Below the pieces are notes generated by a model. The model did no database searches and was not told where the DNA came from. It worked only from the letters and a program-made list of their open reading frames with translations. A program made the position numbers and the translations under genes. Below are positions 27,241 to 36,391 of a stretch of 64,000 nucleotides of DNA, piece by piece. Numbering within the stretch: position 1 is the first letter of the stretch; each line of letters opens with the position of its first letter. The DNA is taken from assembly GCA_964362125.1 (NCBI GenBank), contig CAYICS010000001.1:18052-82051 (forward strand). Reading direction: 5' to 3'. The stretch is from an uncultured Candidatus Saccharibacteria bacterium (lineage in GTDB: Bacteria; Patescibacteriota; Minisyncoccia; UBA6257; UBA11618).

Positions 27241-28314
27241 ATGCCCAGGAGATCTTTGGCTACCCTTGTTATTTTTATTTTTATTTTTAATCTAGGCAAT
27301 GGTTTTTTATTAGTTAAAGCCCAGACCGCCGCGGTTAAGGAATTTGATAGGAAATTGAGTCGATTCGAAGCTGAGTTGAGTGGAGCTCCAGATATTGAGG
27401 CGGCGAAAAAAATTATTTTTGGTTCAGGGTTAAGTCTTGAAGATTTTCAGCGGGCGCTTGAAGCTGCCAGCTCTGAAGAATTAACTCCGAAGGAAAAGGC
27501 GGCGATTAGGGAATTAGAGAGACTGACTGATGAATATAATAAAAGCCAGATTACTCAACAACAAATTACTCAACAACAATATGAGCAGTCAATTTTTAAT
27601 TTAAAAGATTTGCCTTGGTATATTAAGGCCTATATTGTTTTTTCTGGGATTGTTGTCGCTAGCAAACTTTCCAAGGAGGTTGCCCTGAAATTAATCCCGG
27701 GGCTAAATAATTTTTTTGAAAACCGGAATTTTGCCAGACAATACGAACAGATGAAGCGTTTTTATGATTTTGCCAAAGCGCGGCAGTTAACCGAGATGGT
27801 GAGCGAGGCCGAACGGTCCCGGGCCTTTGTCAGGCCGCCTCGTCGTCTTTCGGGGCCAGCCAAACCTAGTTGGCTCTCAAAATTGGGAAGGTTTGGTAAA
27901 GGCTTAAAATTGTTGGGAAAGGCGGTGGGTGTGGTGGGGGCAGTTACTGCTCCACCGTTAGTGGCGTTGGATCTAAAAAATTGTCAGGAGTTAAATAACG
28001 AAGTAAGGGTTATTAGAAATCGGTGGGGATTAATCTTATTGGATTTAGAAAATTTTCCTGAGAGGCGGGAGGAAATAATAGCCAATCTAAACACAGTTAA
28101 AGAACAAATCAAAAGTCTTGAATTAGATATGTTTTTGACTAGCTGTTTCCTCCAGCCGGGCTTTGATAGAACCAAAGACGATTTCTTTAAAATTCCCAAG
28201 ATTAAATCACCCAAAGAAAGAGAAGCAGAACTTTGGCAAGAAGAACAGAAGAAGATCCAGGAATTTGTAGAATATTTAAGAATAAATGGTTTGAAACCCA
28301 AAACTAGAAGATAG
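27241..28314 (+). CDS. putative secreted helical protein
   Basis: Signal peptide, coiled coils, GKGLKLLGKAVGVVGAV amphipathic segment. Confidence 0.75.
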   Translation: MPRRSLATLVIFIFIFNLGNGFLLVKAQTAAVKEFDRKLSRFEAELSGAPDIEAAKKIIFGSGLSLEDFQRALEAASSEELTPKEKAAIRELERLTDEYNKSQITQQQITQQQYEQSIFNLKDLPWYIKAYIVFSGIVVASKLSKEVALKLIPGLNNFFENRNFARQYEQMKRFYDFAKARQLTEMVSEAERSRAFVRPPRRLSGPAKPSWLSKLGRFGKGLKLLGKAVGVVGAVTAPPLVALDLKNCQELNNEVRVIRNRWGLILLDLENFPERREEIIANLNTVKEQIKSLELDMFLTSCFLQPGFDRTKDDFFKIPKIKSPKEREAELWQEEQKKIQEFVEYLRINGLKPKTRR

Positions 28315-28370
28315 AATAGAACTATTTTTTTCCACTTCAAATATTTACCAGCCGATGATAGGGTAAAGTT

Positions 28371-29714
28371 GTGTTTCCTATTGAGGGCAAACTTTCCGGT
28401 CTGCAGAAAGAAGCTGAGGAGCGGCAACGGCGGCGCTTGGAAGATCAGCTGGCCGTCCTTCAGCAAAAACTAGTTAATTTGCCTTTAGTTAAAGAAGCTA
28501 TTGCCGCCTTTGATTTTCAAAATCAGCCCATCTCTGCCCTCTTGGACATTACTTTTGCCGGCGCTTTGGCCAACCGCGCCTCAGATGCGCATTTTGAGGT
28601 TGAGGCCGACAGCATCAAAATTCGCTTTCGCATTGATGGTCAGCTTAATGATGTGGCGGCCATCTCTCTGGAGTACTACAAACTTCTTCTTTCTCGAATT
28701 AAAATTCTTTCCAATTTAAAACTCAATGTCACTGATCGGCCCCAAGATGGCCGCTTTAGTTTTCATTTGCCTGATAAAGATGTGGAGATTCGGGTATCAG
28801 TGGTGCCGTCAGAATACGGCGAGACGGTGGTTATGCGGTTGTTGGATCCTGATGCCATTGGGATCAAGTTGGAAGATTTGGGTTTGCGGCCAGACGACCT
28901 GTTGGCGCTTGAGGAAGAATTATTTGCGCCCAACGGCATGATTCTTAACACCGGTCCCACTGGTTCGGGGAAAACCACCACCCTCTACGCCTTTCTTAAA
29001 AAACGGCAGACACCGGAAATCAAAATCATTACCATCGAAGACCCGATTGAATACCATCTGCCGGGCATCGAGCAGACCCAGGTTTTTCCTGATGGTGAAT
29101 ACAGCTTTGCTAATAGTCTGCGTTCAATTATTCGGCAGGACCCGGATGTGATTTTGGTGGGGGAGATTCGCGATCAGGAAACCGCTGAGATCGCCACTCA
29201 GGCCGCTTTAACCGGCCATCTGGTTTTTTCCACTGTCCACGCCAATGAGGCCGCTGGCGCCATTCCCCGACTGCTTGACTTGGGTATAAAAAATACCAGC
29301 ATCGGTCCGGCTCTGAATTTGGTAATGGCTCAGCGCTTGGTGCGGCGGCTTTGTCAGCAGTGCCGGCGGCCAAAAGACCCGGCGCCAGAGCTGAAAATCA
29401 GTTTAGAAAAATTTTTGGCCAGCCTGCCGGCGGCTGTGGATAAGTCTGGATTGGAAATTAAAATTTTTGAGGCTGTTGGTTGTCCTCAATGCAATCACTC
29501 CGGCTACTTAGGCCGGATTGGCGTCTTTGAATTGCTGAAAATTGAGGCCAATATCGAAAGTTTAATTGAAAGACAGGCCAGCGAAACAGAAATTCAGGAG
29601 TTTGCTCTAAAACAGGGGATGATTACCCTCCAAGGCGATGGTCTGATCAAAGCCCTTCGTGGTATAACCACATTAGAGGAGGTGGAGATGGTGACTGGCA
29701 AATTGAAAATTTAA
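28371..29714 (+). CDS. GspE/PilB family secretion ATPase
   Basis: ASDAHFE, PQDGRF, GPTGSGKTTTLY, TIEDPIEY, RQDPD, TGHLV, Cys4. Confidence 0.95.
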   Translation: MFPIEGKLSGLQKEAEERQRRRLEDQLAVLQQKLVNLPLVKEAIAAFDFQNQPISALLDITFAGALANRASDAHFEVEADSIKIRFRIDGQLNDVAAISLEYYKLLLSRIKILSNLKLNVTDRPQDGRFSFHLPDKDVEIRVSVVPSEYGETVVMRLLDPDAIGIKLEDLGLRPDDLLALEEELFAPNGMILNTGPTGSGKTTTLYAFLKKRQTPEIKIITIEDPIEYHLPGIEQTQVFPDGEYSFANSLRSIIRQDPDVILVGEIRDQETAEIATQAALTGHLVFSTVHANEAAGAIPRLLDLGIKNTSIGPALNLVMAQRLVRRLCQQCRRPKDPAPELKISLEKFLASLPAAVDKSGLEIKIFEAVGCPQCNHSGYLGRIGVFELLKIEANIESLIERQASETEIQEFALKQGMITLQGDGLIKALRGITTLEEVEMVTGKLKI

Positions 29715-29717
29715 AAA

Positions 29718-29883
29718 AATAAAAGAGCCATCTCTCTGGGGGCGCGCTCCAGTCTTGGCTGGAGCTTTGGTTCCCTTTTAGATAAAAGAGTTTAGAATTA
29801 TCCCGAGGAGTGACCCAGCCGGAGCCGAGCCATCCAGAAAGCTAAGAATAACTCCTGCCCCCAGAGAGATGACCCTTTCAAAC
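29718..29883 (-). ncRNA. candidate structured ncRNA (~165 nt), family unassigned
   Basis: 15-bp perfect closing stem (29729-29743 with 29857-29871), extended by G-U pairs on minus strand; TTGACT-18-TATAAT (TG-extended) upstream; T-run downstream. Confidence 0.55.
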
Positions 29884-29932
29884 TATAGGATTATAACATA
29901 CTCATTCCCCAAAAGTCAAGGGGATAATTTTC

Positions 29933-30910
29933 ATGACTGAATTACCCATCGATAGTCTGCTCCGGCCCAGTTATTGGCAAGACTATGTCGGTCAGGAGAA
30001 AATCAAGCAAAATCTCCAGATAATTCTTGAAGCTGCCAAAAAGCGCGGTGAAGCCTGCGACCACCTATTATTTTATGGTCAGGCCGGTCTTGGCAAGACC
30101 ACCCTCGCCTACCTCGCCGCCAAGGAGTTGGACTGCAATCTCAAGGTCACTTCTGGCCCGGCCATTGAGAAAATGGGAGATTTGGCGGCGATTTTAAGCA
30201 ACCTTGAAAATAATGATGTCCTTTTTATTGACGAGGTCCATCGTTTAAATAAGACGATTGAAGAGGTGCTTTATCCGGCGATGGAGAGCCGCAAACTGCA
30301 TCTGGTGATCGGCAAAGGACCGGGGGCGCGCTCAGTAGCCATTGATTTGCCGCCCTTCACTCTCATTGCCGCCACCACCAAGGTTCATTTGATCTCCGGG
30401 CCCCTAAGATCGCGCTTTGGCGCTTCTTTCAAGCTGGATTTCTATGAATTAAATGATATTGAAGCTATTATTCGCCGCTCGGCCAAAATTCTCAATATGC
30501 GTCTGAGCCCAGAAGCAGTGACGATGATTGCCCGGGCGGCTCGTTTCACTCCCCGGGTGGCTAACCGTCTTCTCAAGCGAGTCCGCGACTATGCTGAGGT
30601 TCACAATCAGCCCCAAGTTGATCTGGCGGTAACCAGTAAGACTTTTGATCTCTTGGAGATTGATGAGTTGGGACTGGAGCCGGCTGACCGGCGGCTTTTG
30701 GAAATCATTATCAGAAAATTTAATGGGGGGCCGGTGGGAATTAATTCTCTGGCGGCCGCCCTCAATGATGAGGCGGAGAATATCGAGGAAATTTCCGAGC
30801 CGTATTTAATGTCTCTGGGATTTTTATTACGAACCTCTTCAGGCCGGATGGTGACCCCGGCCGCTTATCAACATCTCAGTCTGCCGCCGCCCTCTAGTGC
30901 CTTGATTTGA
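29933..30910 (+). CDS. ruvB: Holliday junction branch migration helicase RuvB
   Basis: LRP..DYVGQ, GQAGLGKTT, FIDEVHRL, LYPAME, PLRSRFG, TPRVANRLL. Confidence 0.97.
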   Translation: MTELPIDSLLRPSYWQDYVGQEKIKQNLQIILEAAKKRGEACDHLLFYGQAGLGKTTLAYLAAKELDCNLKVTSGPAIEKMGDLAAILSNLENNDVLFIDEVHRLNKTIEEVLYPAMESRKLHLVIGKGPGARSVAIDLPPFTLIAATTKVHLISGPLRSRFGASFKLDFYELNDIEAIIRRSAKILNMRLSPEAVTMIARAARFTPRVANRLLKRVRDYAEVHNQPQVDLAVTSKTFDLLEIDELGLEPADRRLLEIIIRKFNGGPVGINSLAAALNDEAENIEEISEPYLMSLGFLLRTSSGRMVTPAAYQHLSLPPPSSALI

Positions 30911-30982
30911 CAAATCCCTTTAATTTACCTATAATATATATAGGACTTCAAACTTAACCAATCAAGAGAAAGGAGCTTAGCC

Positions 30983-31717
30983 GTGTTTGGCAGAAACAAG
31001 GACAGGGGGTTTTACTTGTCTGATCCGGAGTCGGGGAGTTCGCTCAAGTTGATGATGGTTCATGTTCCACCTGAAAAATTGTCTGAACTGTTCTCGGAAA
31101 TGGCCCGCCGGTTGGGTCAAACAGTGGAGGTGGTTTTATATTCCACTCATCATATAGAGCCATACCGTCGCCGCTTCTACGAGTTGCTGGCCGGGTTTCA
31201 TTGTTCTTCTAAGGAACGCCGTCAGGCCCAGAACAAGTTTGGGTCGGTGTTGGAGTATCAGATCTGGCAGCGAGACGCTGTCGACACTGATTTTCTTATG
31301 AAGACCTTGATGCGTTCCCGGCTGTTGTTCCTCAATGACAGTCATTGCGAAATTCAGGTCAGTGGTGTCGCTGAGGGAAATCTCGACGAAAAAACCCCGG
31401 CCTTCATCAAGTTGCTCAGCGAGCGCTATCTCCACGTCTTTGATGTTGACTTTGGCCCTTACTACCCTCTCCTGCGCCGGTTTCGTCTCAAGTCTGATCC
31501 CAACTTCGGTGAGCGGGAGCCTTTCTTGGGGCGAGGTTTCTTGGAGAGAGCTCATGGTTCTTACCAGCAGGAATTCCAGGCGCTAGTGAGACGCCTTGAT
31601 GCTGAGTGGCAGGGAGGACTTAGTCGCCGCACTCTCCTTGGGATGGAGCCGCTCTCGATTAAACAGCTCTTCCGCGAGCCCTCCAGTCTCCACCGGTTCC
31701 TACGGGAAGTCTCGTAG
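30983..31717 (+). CDS. hypothetical protein, paralog of 5180..5755 (stand-alone cassette)
   Basis: TTGACA(30907)-17-TATAAT, SD AAAGGAG, terminator CCTACG...CGTAGG plus T-run. Confidence 0.8.
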   Translation: MFGRNKDRGFYLSDPESGSSLKLMMVHVPPEKLSELFSEMARRLGQTVEVVLYSTHHIEPYRRRFYELLAGFHCSSKERRQAQNKFGSVLEYQIWQRDAVDTDFLMKTLMRSRLLFLNDSHCEIQVSGVAEGNLDEKTPAFIKLLSERYLHVFDVDFGPYYPLLRRFRLKSDPNFGEREPFLGRGFLERAHGSYQQEFQALVRRLDAEWQGGLSRRTLLGMEPLSIKQLFREPSSLHRFLREVS

Positions 31718-31767
31718 GAGCCTTTTTTTTGTTGCTCAATAGTCGGGGTTCTATTAATATATCAAGA

Positions 31768-32184
31768 ATGGTTTCGGAATCAGTTGGTGATACCAAAAAA
31801 TTAGCCCAAAAATTAGCCCGATCTAAAAAAAGGATTTTTGCGCTGGTGGGAGAATTGGGATCGGGCAAAACCACTTTTGTTCAGGCATTTTTGCGCGCCC
31901 AAGGCGTCCGCAGCCGCATCACCAGCCCGACATTCGTGATTATAAAAAGATTTAAGATTTATGATTTAAGATTTAAGAACGCCTACCATATTGATTGCTA
32001 TAGATTAAAAAATTCCAAAGAACTGCTCAAGCTCGGCCTAAAAGAAATTCTCGCTAATAAGCACAACATTGTCTTAATTGAATGGGCGGATAAGATTAAA
32101 AGTTTATTACCCAAACGCGGCGTTCAGTGGATTTATTTTGAGCACAGCAGGATTGCTAAAGAAAGGAGAATTATTATAAAATAA
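31768..32184 (+). CDS. tsaE: t6A biosynthesis ATPase TsaE
   Basis: GELGSGKTTF, ITSPTF, HIDCYRL, IEWA; start uncertain. Confidence 0.92.
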   Translation: MVSESVGDTKKLAQKLARSKKRIFALVGELGSGKTTFVQAFLRAQGVRSRITSPTFVIIKRFKIYDLRFKNAYHIDCYRLKNSKELLKLGLKEILANKHNIVLIEWADKIKSLLPKRGVQWIYFEHSRIAKERRIIIK

Positions 32185-32188
32185 AGCA

Positions 32189-32449
32189 ATGCCGGTTATC
32201 ACTAAGAAATTTATAAAAGAGGCTGTTTTAGAGGCGGTTGAGCCGTTAGCTAAGTCGGTTCAAAAAGACTTCCATCAAGTTAATCAAAGGCTGGATATCT
32301 TGGAGAATAAATTTACCGATTTACTAACGAAATTAGACGAGATACTGACTCTTTTTAAGAAACTTGACGAAGAAAATACCTTTCTTTCTGTTCAACTGCG
32401 AAGATTAGAAGATCGGGTGGCTCGTCTGGAATCTCAATACCGGAAATAA
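32189..32449 (+). CDS. small coiled-coil protein
   Basis: Heptad pattern ending RLEDRVARLE. Confidence 0.7.
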   Translation: MPVITKKFIKEAVLEAVEPLAKSVQKDFHQVNQRLDILENKFTDLLTKLDEILTLFKKLDEENTFLSVQLRRLEDRVARLESQYRK

Positions 32450-32451
32450 AA

Positions 32452-33324
32452 GTGAAAACCCTCCTTTTAATAGATGCTCACGCTCTGATTTATCGTTTTT
32501 TTCATGCCTTGCCGGCTCTAACCACGCCCGACAACCAGCCCATCGGCGCTGTTTATGGTTTAGCCAATGTCATTTTAAAAATCCTCCGCGAGCATCAACC
32601 TGATTATCTGGCCGCCTGTTTTGACCGGCCGGAAGAGACTTTTCGGCGAAAAGAATATGCGCAATACAAAGCCACCCGGCAGGCGCCGCCTGATGAGCTG
32701 ATCTCCCAATTTAAGATCAGCCGTGAGCTTTTGGATAAATTCCAGATTCGGGTGGTGGAGATGCCGGGCTTTGAAGCTGATGATTTAATCGGCACTTTGG
32801 CGGAGAAATTTAAAAAGGAACCCAATCTGAAAATTGTGATATTTTCCGGCGACCTCGATCTTCTGCAGTTGGTGGAAAACGATAAAGTAGTGGTGGAATT
32901 TCTCAAAACCGGCATCAGCGACACCATGACCTATGATGAAAAAGCCGTGGCAGCCCGCTATGATTTAAGGCCTGAACAACTGCCCGATCTCAAGGGTTTA
33001 TTGGGCGATGTTTCTGATAATATTCCCGGGGTAAAGGGAGTGGGGCCGAAAACCGCAGGCCCCTTGATTAAAAAATACGGCACGCTGGAAAATCTTTTTG
33101 AAAATCTTTGGCAGGTGTCGGATAAAATTGGTCTGAAATTAACTGATAAAAAAGAGGAGGCGTTGTTTTCTAAAAAACTGGCCACTATTAAAAGAGATGT
33201 GCCGCTGTTTGTCCAGTCGCTTAATGACTTGAAATTAGAAGCGATTGATAGGGGTGGTTTAGTTAAATATTTCGAAAATTTGGGATTTATCAGTTTGATA
33301 AAAAGATTGAACTCAACTAATTAA
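32452..33324 (+). CDS. polA: 5'-3' exonuclease domain of DNA polymerase I (separate ORF)
   Basis: LIDAHALIYR, YKATR, EADD, GDLDLLQL, GDVSDNIPGVKGVGPKTA. Confidence 0.9.
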   Translation: MKTLLLIDAHALIYRFFHALPALTTPDNQPIGAVYGLANVILKILREHQPDYLAACFDRPEETFRRKEYAQYKATRQAPPDELISQFKISRELLDKFQIRVVEMPGFEADDLIGTLAEKFKKEPNLKIVIFSGDLDLLQLVENDKVVVEFLKTGISDTMTYDEKAVAARYDLRPEQLPDLKGLLGDVSDNIPGVKGVGPKTAGPLIKKYGTLENLFENLWQVSDKIGLKLTDKKEEALFSKKLATIKRDVPLFVQSLNDLKLEAIDRGGLVKYFENLGFISLIKRLNSTN

Positions 33325-33346
33325 ACGATCGTCTAATTAGTTGAGT
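33311..33346. repeat. ACGATCGT-centred palindrome, copy 1
   Basis: ACTCAACTAATTAAACGATCGTCTAATTAGTTGAGT, one mismatched pair. Confidence 0.85.
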
Positions 33347-33463
33347 AGTTGAGTAATAGTAAGTAATAGTAAAATAATTAGGTAACTAGGCTTCTAGTAA
33401 AAATAAAAAACCCCGGGTCGCGGCTCGATAGCCGCGCCCGGGACCGCCGGTGGTCGTCCCGCA

Positions 33464-33670
33464 TCAGGCGCCCCATTTTCTTTTTGTAGGGGCTTCTGCT
33501 TGCAAAAAATCTGCAATCCGGAAGGCCGCTGGGTTGTTATCGGCGATCAATTCCACCGATTCAAAATCCCAATGACCTTCTTTCTCTTCACTTCGACTTA
33601 CATAAACAGTCATTTTGCCCTTTTCCCCGGGCACAGCCGTCAGGATTCTAAGAATCACTGGCGTGTTCAT
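33464..33670 (-). CDS. small hypothetical protein (stand-alone cassette)
   Basis: SD GGAGG, TTGACA at 33760-33755, GC hairpin plus T-run at ~33405-33442. Confidence 0.6.
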   Translation of the reverse strand: MNTPVILRILTAVPGEKGKMTVYVSRSEEKEGHWDFESVELIADNNPAAFRIADFLQAEAPTKRKWGA

Positions 33671-33741
33671 CTCTGTCCTCCAAAGAACTTTGATATCTTG
33701 CCGAAAGTTCCGAATTCCGGCATTATATTAAGACTAGCAAT

Positions 33742-34869
33742 ATGGTTAAAAGTTTGTCAATAGGCCCGGTTTTAGAGGCAATGCGCCGGCGTGGAATCTT
33801 GGTTGACCGCGAAAAGTTAAAAGTCAAAAGTGAAAAGTTAAGAAAAGAAATTAGGAAATTGGCGGCAGAAATTAAGAAATTAGCGGGCGAAGATTTTAAT
33901 CTCAATTCGCCCCGGCAGTTGTCGCGGATTCTTTTTGAGAAATTAAAGTTGGTTAAAGGCGGCCGCCGCACCAAAACCGGCCTCCGCTCCACCAGCGAGG
34001 CGGCTTTGGATAATTTGCGCGGCAGCCATCGGATTATTGACAAGATTCTCCAATACCGCGAGCAATTCAAACTACTTTCCACCTATCTTGAGCCGTGGCT
34101 GAAATATAGTCGGGCCAGCCGCGACGGCCGCATCCACCCCACTTTTCTTCAGGATGCCACCGCTACCGGCCGCCTCACTTGCCAAAATCCCAATCTGCAG
34201 AATGTCCCCTCACAATTACGTGAGGTTCTCGTGGCGGCTGCTGGCCACACTTTGATTTCTGTTGATTATTCCCAGATTGAACTGCGGGTGCTGGCTACTG
34301 TCACCAAAGACCCGGCTTTGCTTGAGGCCTTTGCCAAAGATTTGGATATTCACCAGCTGACAGCCAGTAAGGTTTTTAATGTACCACTGGAGAAGGTCAC
34401 TAAAGAGCAGCGCAATCTGGCCAAGACTTTAAACTTTGGCGTCATCTATGGAATGGGAGCAGCTGCCTTTGCCCGCGTCTCTGGCTTGAGTCGCAAAGAG
34501 GCCGAACAGTTTATCGAAGAGTATTTTCTGGAGTTTAAAAAGGTTCGGCAGTGGCAGGAGAAAGTAAAATGGGAATTGCAACAGAATGGTTATGTTGAGA
34601 ATTTAGAAGGCCAGCGGCGAGAGCTTGGCCCGGGAGAGGAACGAGCGGCTATCAATTTCCCTATTCAGAGTTTGGCAGCTCATATTATCAAGCTAGCGAT
34701 GATCAAAACCGCTAAATATCCTTTATTGCTTTCCATTCACGACCAATTGGTCTTTGAGATAGAAAAAGGTAAAATAAAAGGGAGCAGCGCCGCCATTAAA
34801 GAAATTATGGAATCAGTTTATAAACTGGCAGTGCCGCTCAAGGTTAATGTCACTTTGGGGAGTTGGTAA
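33742..34869 (+). CDS. polA: family A DNA polymerase domain (separate ORF)
   Basis: FNLNSPRQL, TATGRL, NPNLQN, DYSQIELR, KTLNFGVIYG, IHDQL. Confidence 0.92.
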   Translation: MVKSLSIGPVLEAMRRRGILVDREKLKVKSEKLRKEIRKLAAEIKKLAGEDFNLNSPRQLSRILFEKLKLVKGGRRTKTGLRSTSEAALDNLRGSHRIIDKILQYREQFKLLSTYLEPWLKYSRASRDGRIHPTFLQDATATGRLTCQNPNLQNVPSQLREVLVAAAGHTLISVDYSQIELRVLATVTKDPALLEAFAKDLDIHQLTASKVFNVPLEKVTKEQRNLAKTLNFGVIYGMGAAAFARVSGLSRKEAEQFIEEYFLEFKKVRQWQEKVKWELQQNGYVENLEGQRRELGPGEERAAINFPIQSLAAHIIKLAMIKTAKYPLLLSIHDQLVFEIEKGKIKGSSAAIKEIMESVYKLAVPLKVNVTLGSW

Positions 34870-35953
34870 AACAGAAACAGCGCCGGCGGCCGCACTGGAA
34901 AAAGCTTTATTTGGAGCTTTGGTGGCGGTAATGGGCGAGGCGATTGTTGTTTATGACCGGAGTTTTAAGGTGAGTGTTTTCAATCAGCGGGCCGAGGATA
35001 TTTTTCGGATTAAGGCCAGTGAGATAGTCGGCCAGAATTTTACCCTCGAGCGCGCCCAGGAAGCAAAATGGCAGGCTCTGTCACCGGTGATTTATGCGTC
35101 GCTGGCGCCAACCGTAGTGCGATTGTCAGAGGTGGGTGTTTCTCCTGAGGTTTTAAAAATTATTTTAGAAAATCCCCACCGCGAGTTGGAGACGGCCACG
35201 ATTGAGGTGGGCGATCACTTTCTAAAAATTATTAAAGATAAGAGCCGCGAGGCCGAACTTTTAAAAGCCAAAAGCGAGTTTATCACCATTGCCGGGCATC
35301 AATTACGGACACCGACGACGGCAGCTAATTGGGCTTTTGAAAATCTTAAAAAAGTTTCTGGATTAGATACTGAGGCCCAACAATTAATTGACACTGGCTA
35401 TAAAGCCGTCCAAGCGGCTTTGAAAATAATTAATGATTTATTAAACGCCGCTCAGATTGAAGAGGGCAGATTTGGTTTTCAGTTTCAAGATGTCAATCTG
35501 GTGGAATTTTTGGATCAGGTTTTAGCCGGGGCTTTGCCAGCGGCCAAAGAGTCCAAAATAAATATTTACTTCGATCGCCCCGAGGAAAATGAAGTAATAA
35601 TTTCAGCTGACTCCAACCGGCTGGCGATGGCGGTTACTAACCTGATTGATAATGCTATTAAATATAATGTTTCTGGGGGTGAGGTGACAGTGAAATTAGA
35701 GGTAAAAGACAGTCAGGCGCAGGTGAGCGTCAAAGACACTGGCGTCGGAGTTAAAGAAGAAGACATTGCTAAACTGTTCAGCAAATTTTTCCGTGGCGAA
35801 AATATTAAGAAAACCGTTCCCACTGGCTCTGGGCTAGGTCTTTACATCGCGAAAAACATTATTGAGGCGCATAAGGGTAAAGTTTGGGTGGAGTCAGTGC
35901 CAAATAGAGGCTCTACTTTTTATTTCTCCATCCCTCTAAAAGTTAAAAGTTGA
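34847..35953 (+). CDS. PAS-domain sensor histidine kinase
   Basis: HQLRTP, NLIDNAIKY, DTGVG, FF, GSGLGL. Confidence 0.92.
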   Translation: MSLWGVGKTETAPAAALEKALFGALVAVMGEAIVVYDRSFKVSVFNQRAEDIFRIKASEIVGQNFTLERAQEAKWQALSPVIYASLAPTVVRLSEVGVSPEVLKIILENPHRELETATIEVGDHFLKIIKDKSREAELLKAKSEFITIAGHQLRTPTTAANWAFENLKKVSGLDTEAQQLIDTGYKAVQAALKIINDLLNAAQIEEGRFGFQFQDVNLVEFLDQVLAGALPAAKESKINIYFDRPEENEVIISADSNRLAMAVTNLIDNAIKYNVSGGEVTVKLEVKDSQAQVSVKDTGVGVKEEDIAKLFSKFFRGENIKKTVPTGSGLGLYIAKNIIEAHKGKVWVESVPNRGSTFYFSIPLKVKS

Positions 35954-36385
35954 AAGTTTAAAGTGAAAAATGACAATTTAAAATTTAAAAATGAGTTTAA
36001 AATCAGGCTTTATAGATGGGTTTTGAGATTAGTTAAATTCATTGACAAATTACCAAGAGATTCTACTTGTGAGATTATGGGCAAACAATTACTTAGGAGT
36101 GGAACGAGTATCCTTGCTAATTATATAGAAGCTCTTTCTGCGAGTTCAAAGCGTGATTTTATCAATTTTTTCACTCATTCCTTGAAATCTGCCAATGAAT
36201 CAAAGCTTTGGCTTACTCTCTTAAGAGATATGATCAAGGGCGACGAGAAAGAATTAGCTTGGTTATTGAAAGAATTGGTAGAGATTGCTAATATTTTAGC
36301 TTCAAGTTTGTTGACCTTGAAAGGCAAGAGGTGATTTTTTAACTTTAAACTGTCATTTTTAATTTTAATTTTTCAATTTTTAACT
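35941..36385. repeat. 52-bp imperfect inverted repeats (35941-35992 and 36334-36385) bracketing the four-helix-bundle gene
   Basis: 44/52 complementary by manual alignment; 7-bp periodic (AAAGTTA-like). Confidence 0.85.
35963..36334 (+). CDS. four helix bundle protein (TIGR02436 / 23S rRNA IVS protein family, Avd-like fold)
   Basis: QLLRSGTSILANYIEA...SKRDF....SLKSANESKLWL. Confidence 0.92.
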   Translation: MKNDNLKFKNEFKIRLYRWVLRLVKFIDKLPRDSTCEIMGKQLLRSGTSILANYIEALSASSKRDFINFFTHSLKSANESKLWLTLLRDMIKGDEKELAWLLKELVEIANILASSLLTLKGKR

Positions 36386-36391
36386 AAATTT

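Noticed and set aside
35963-36334. Diversity-generating retroelement
   Set aside because: Only an Avd-like fold is present; I saw no reverse transcriptase or adenine-variable TR/VR pair in the window.
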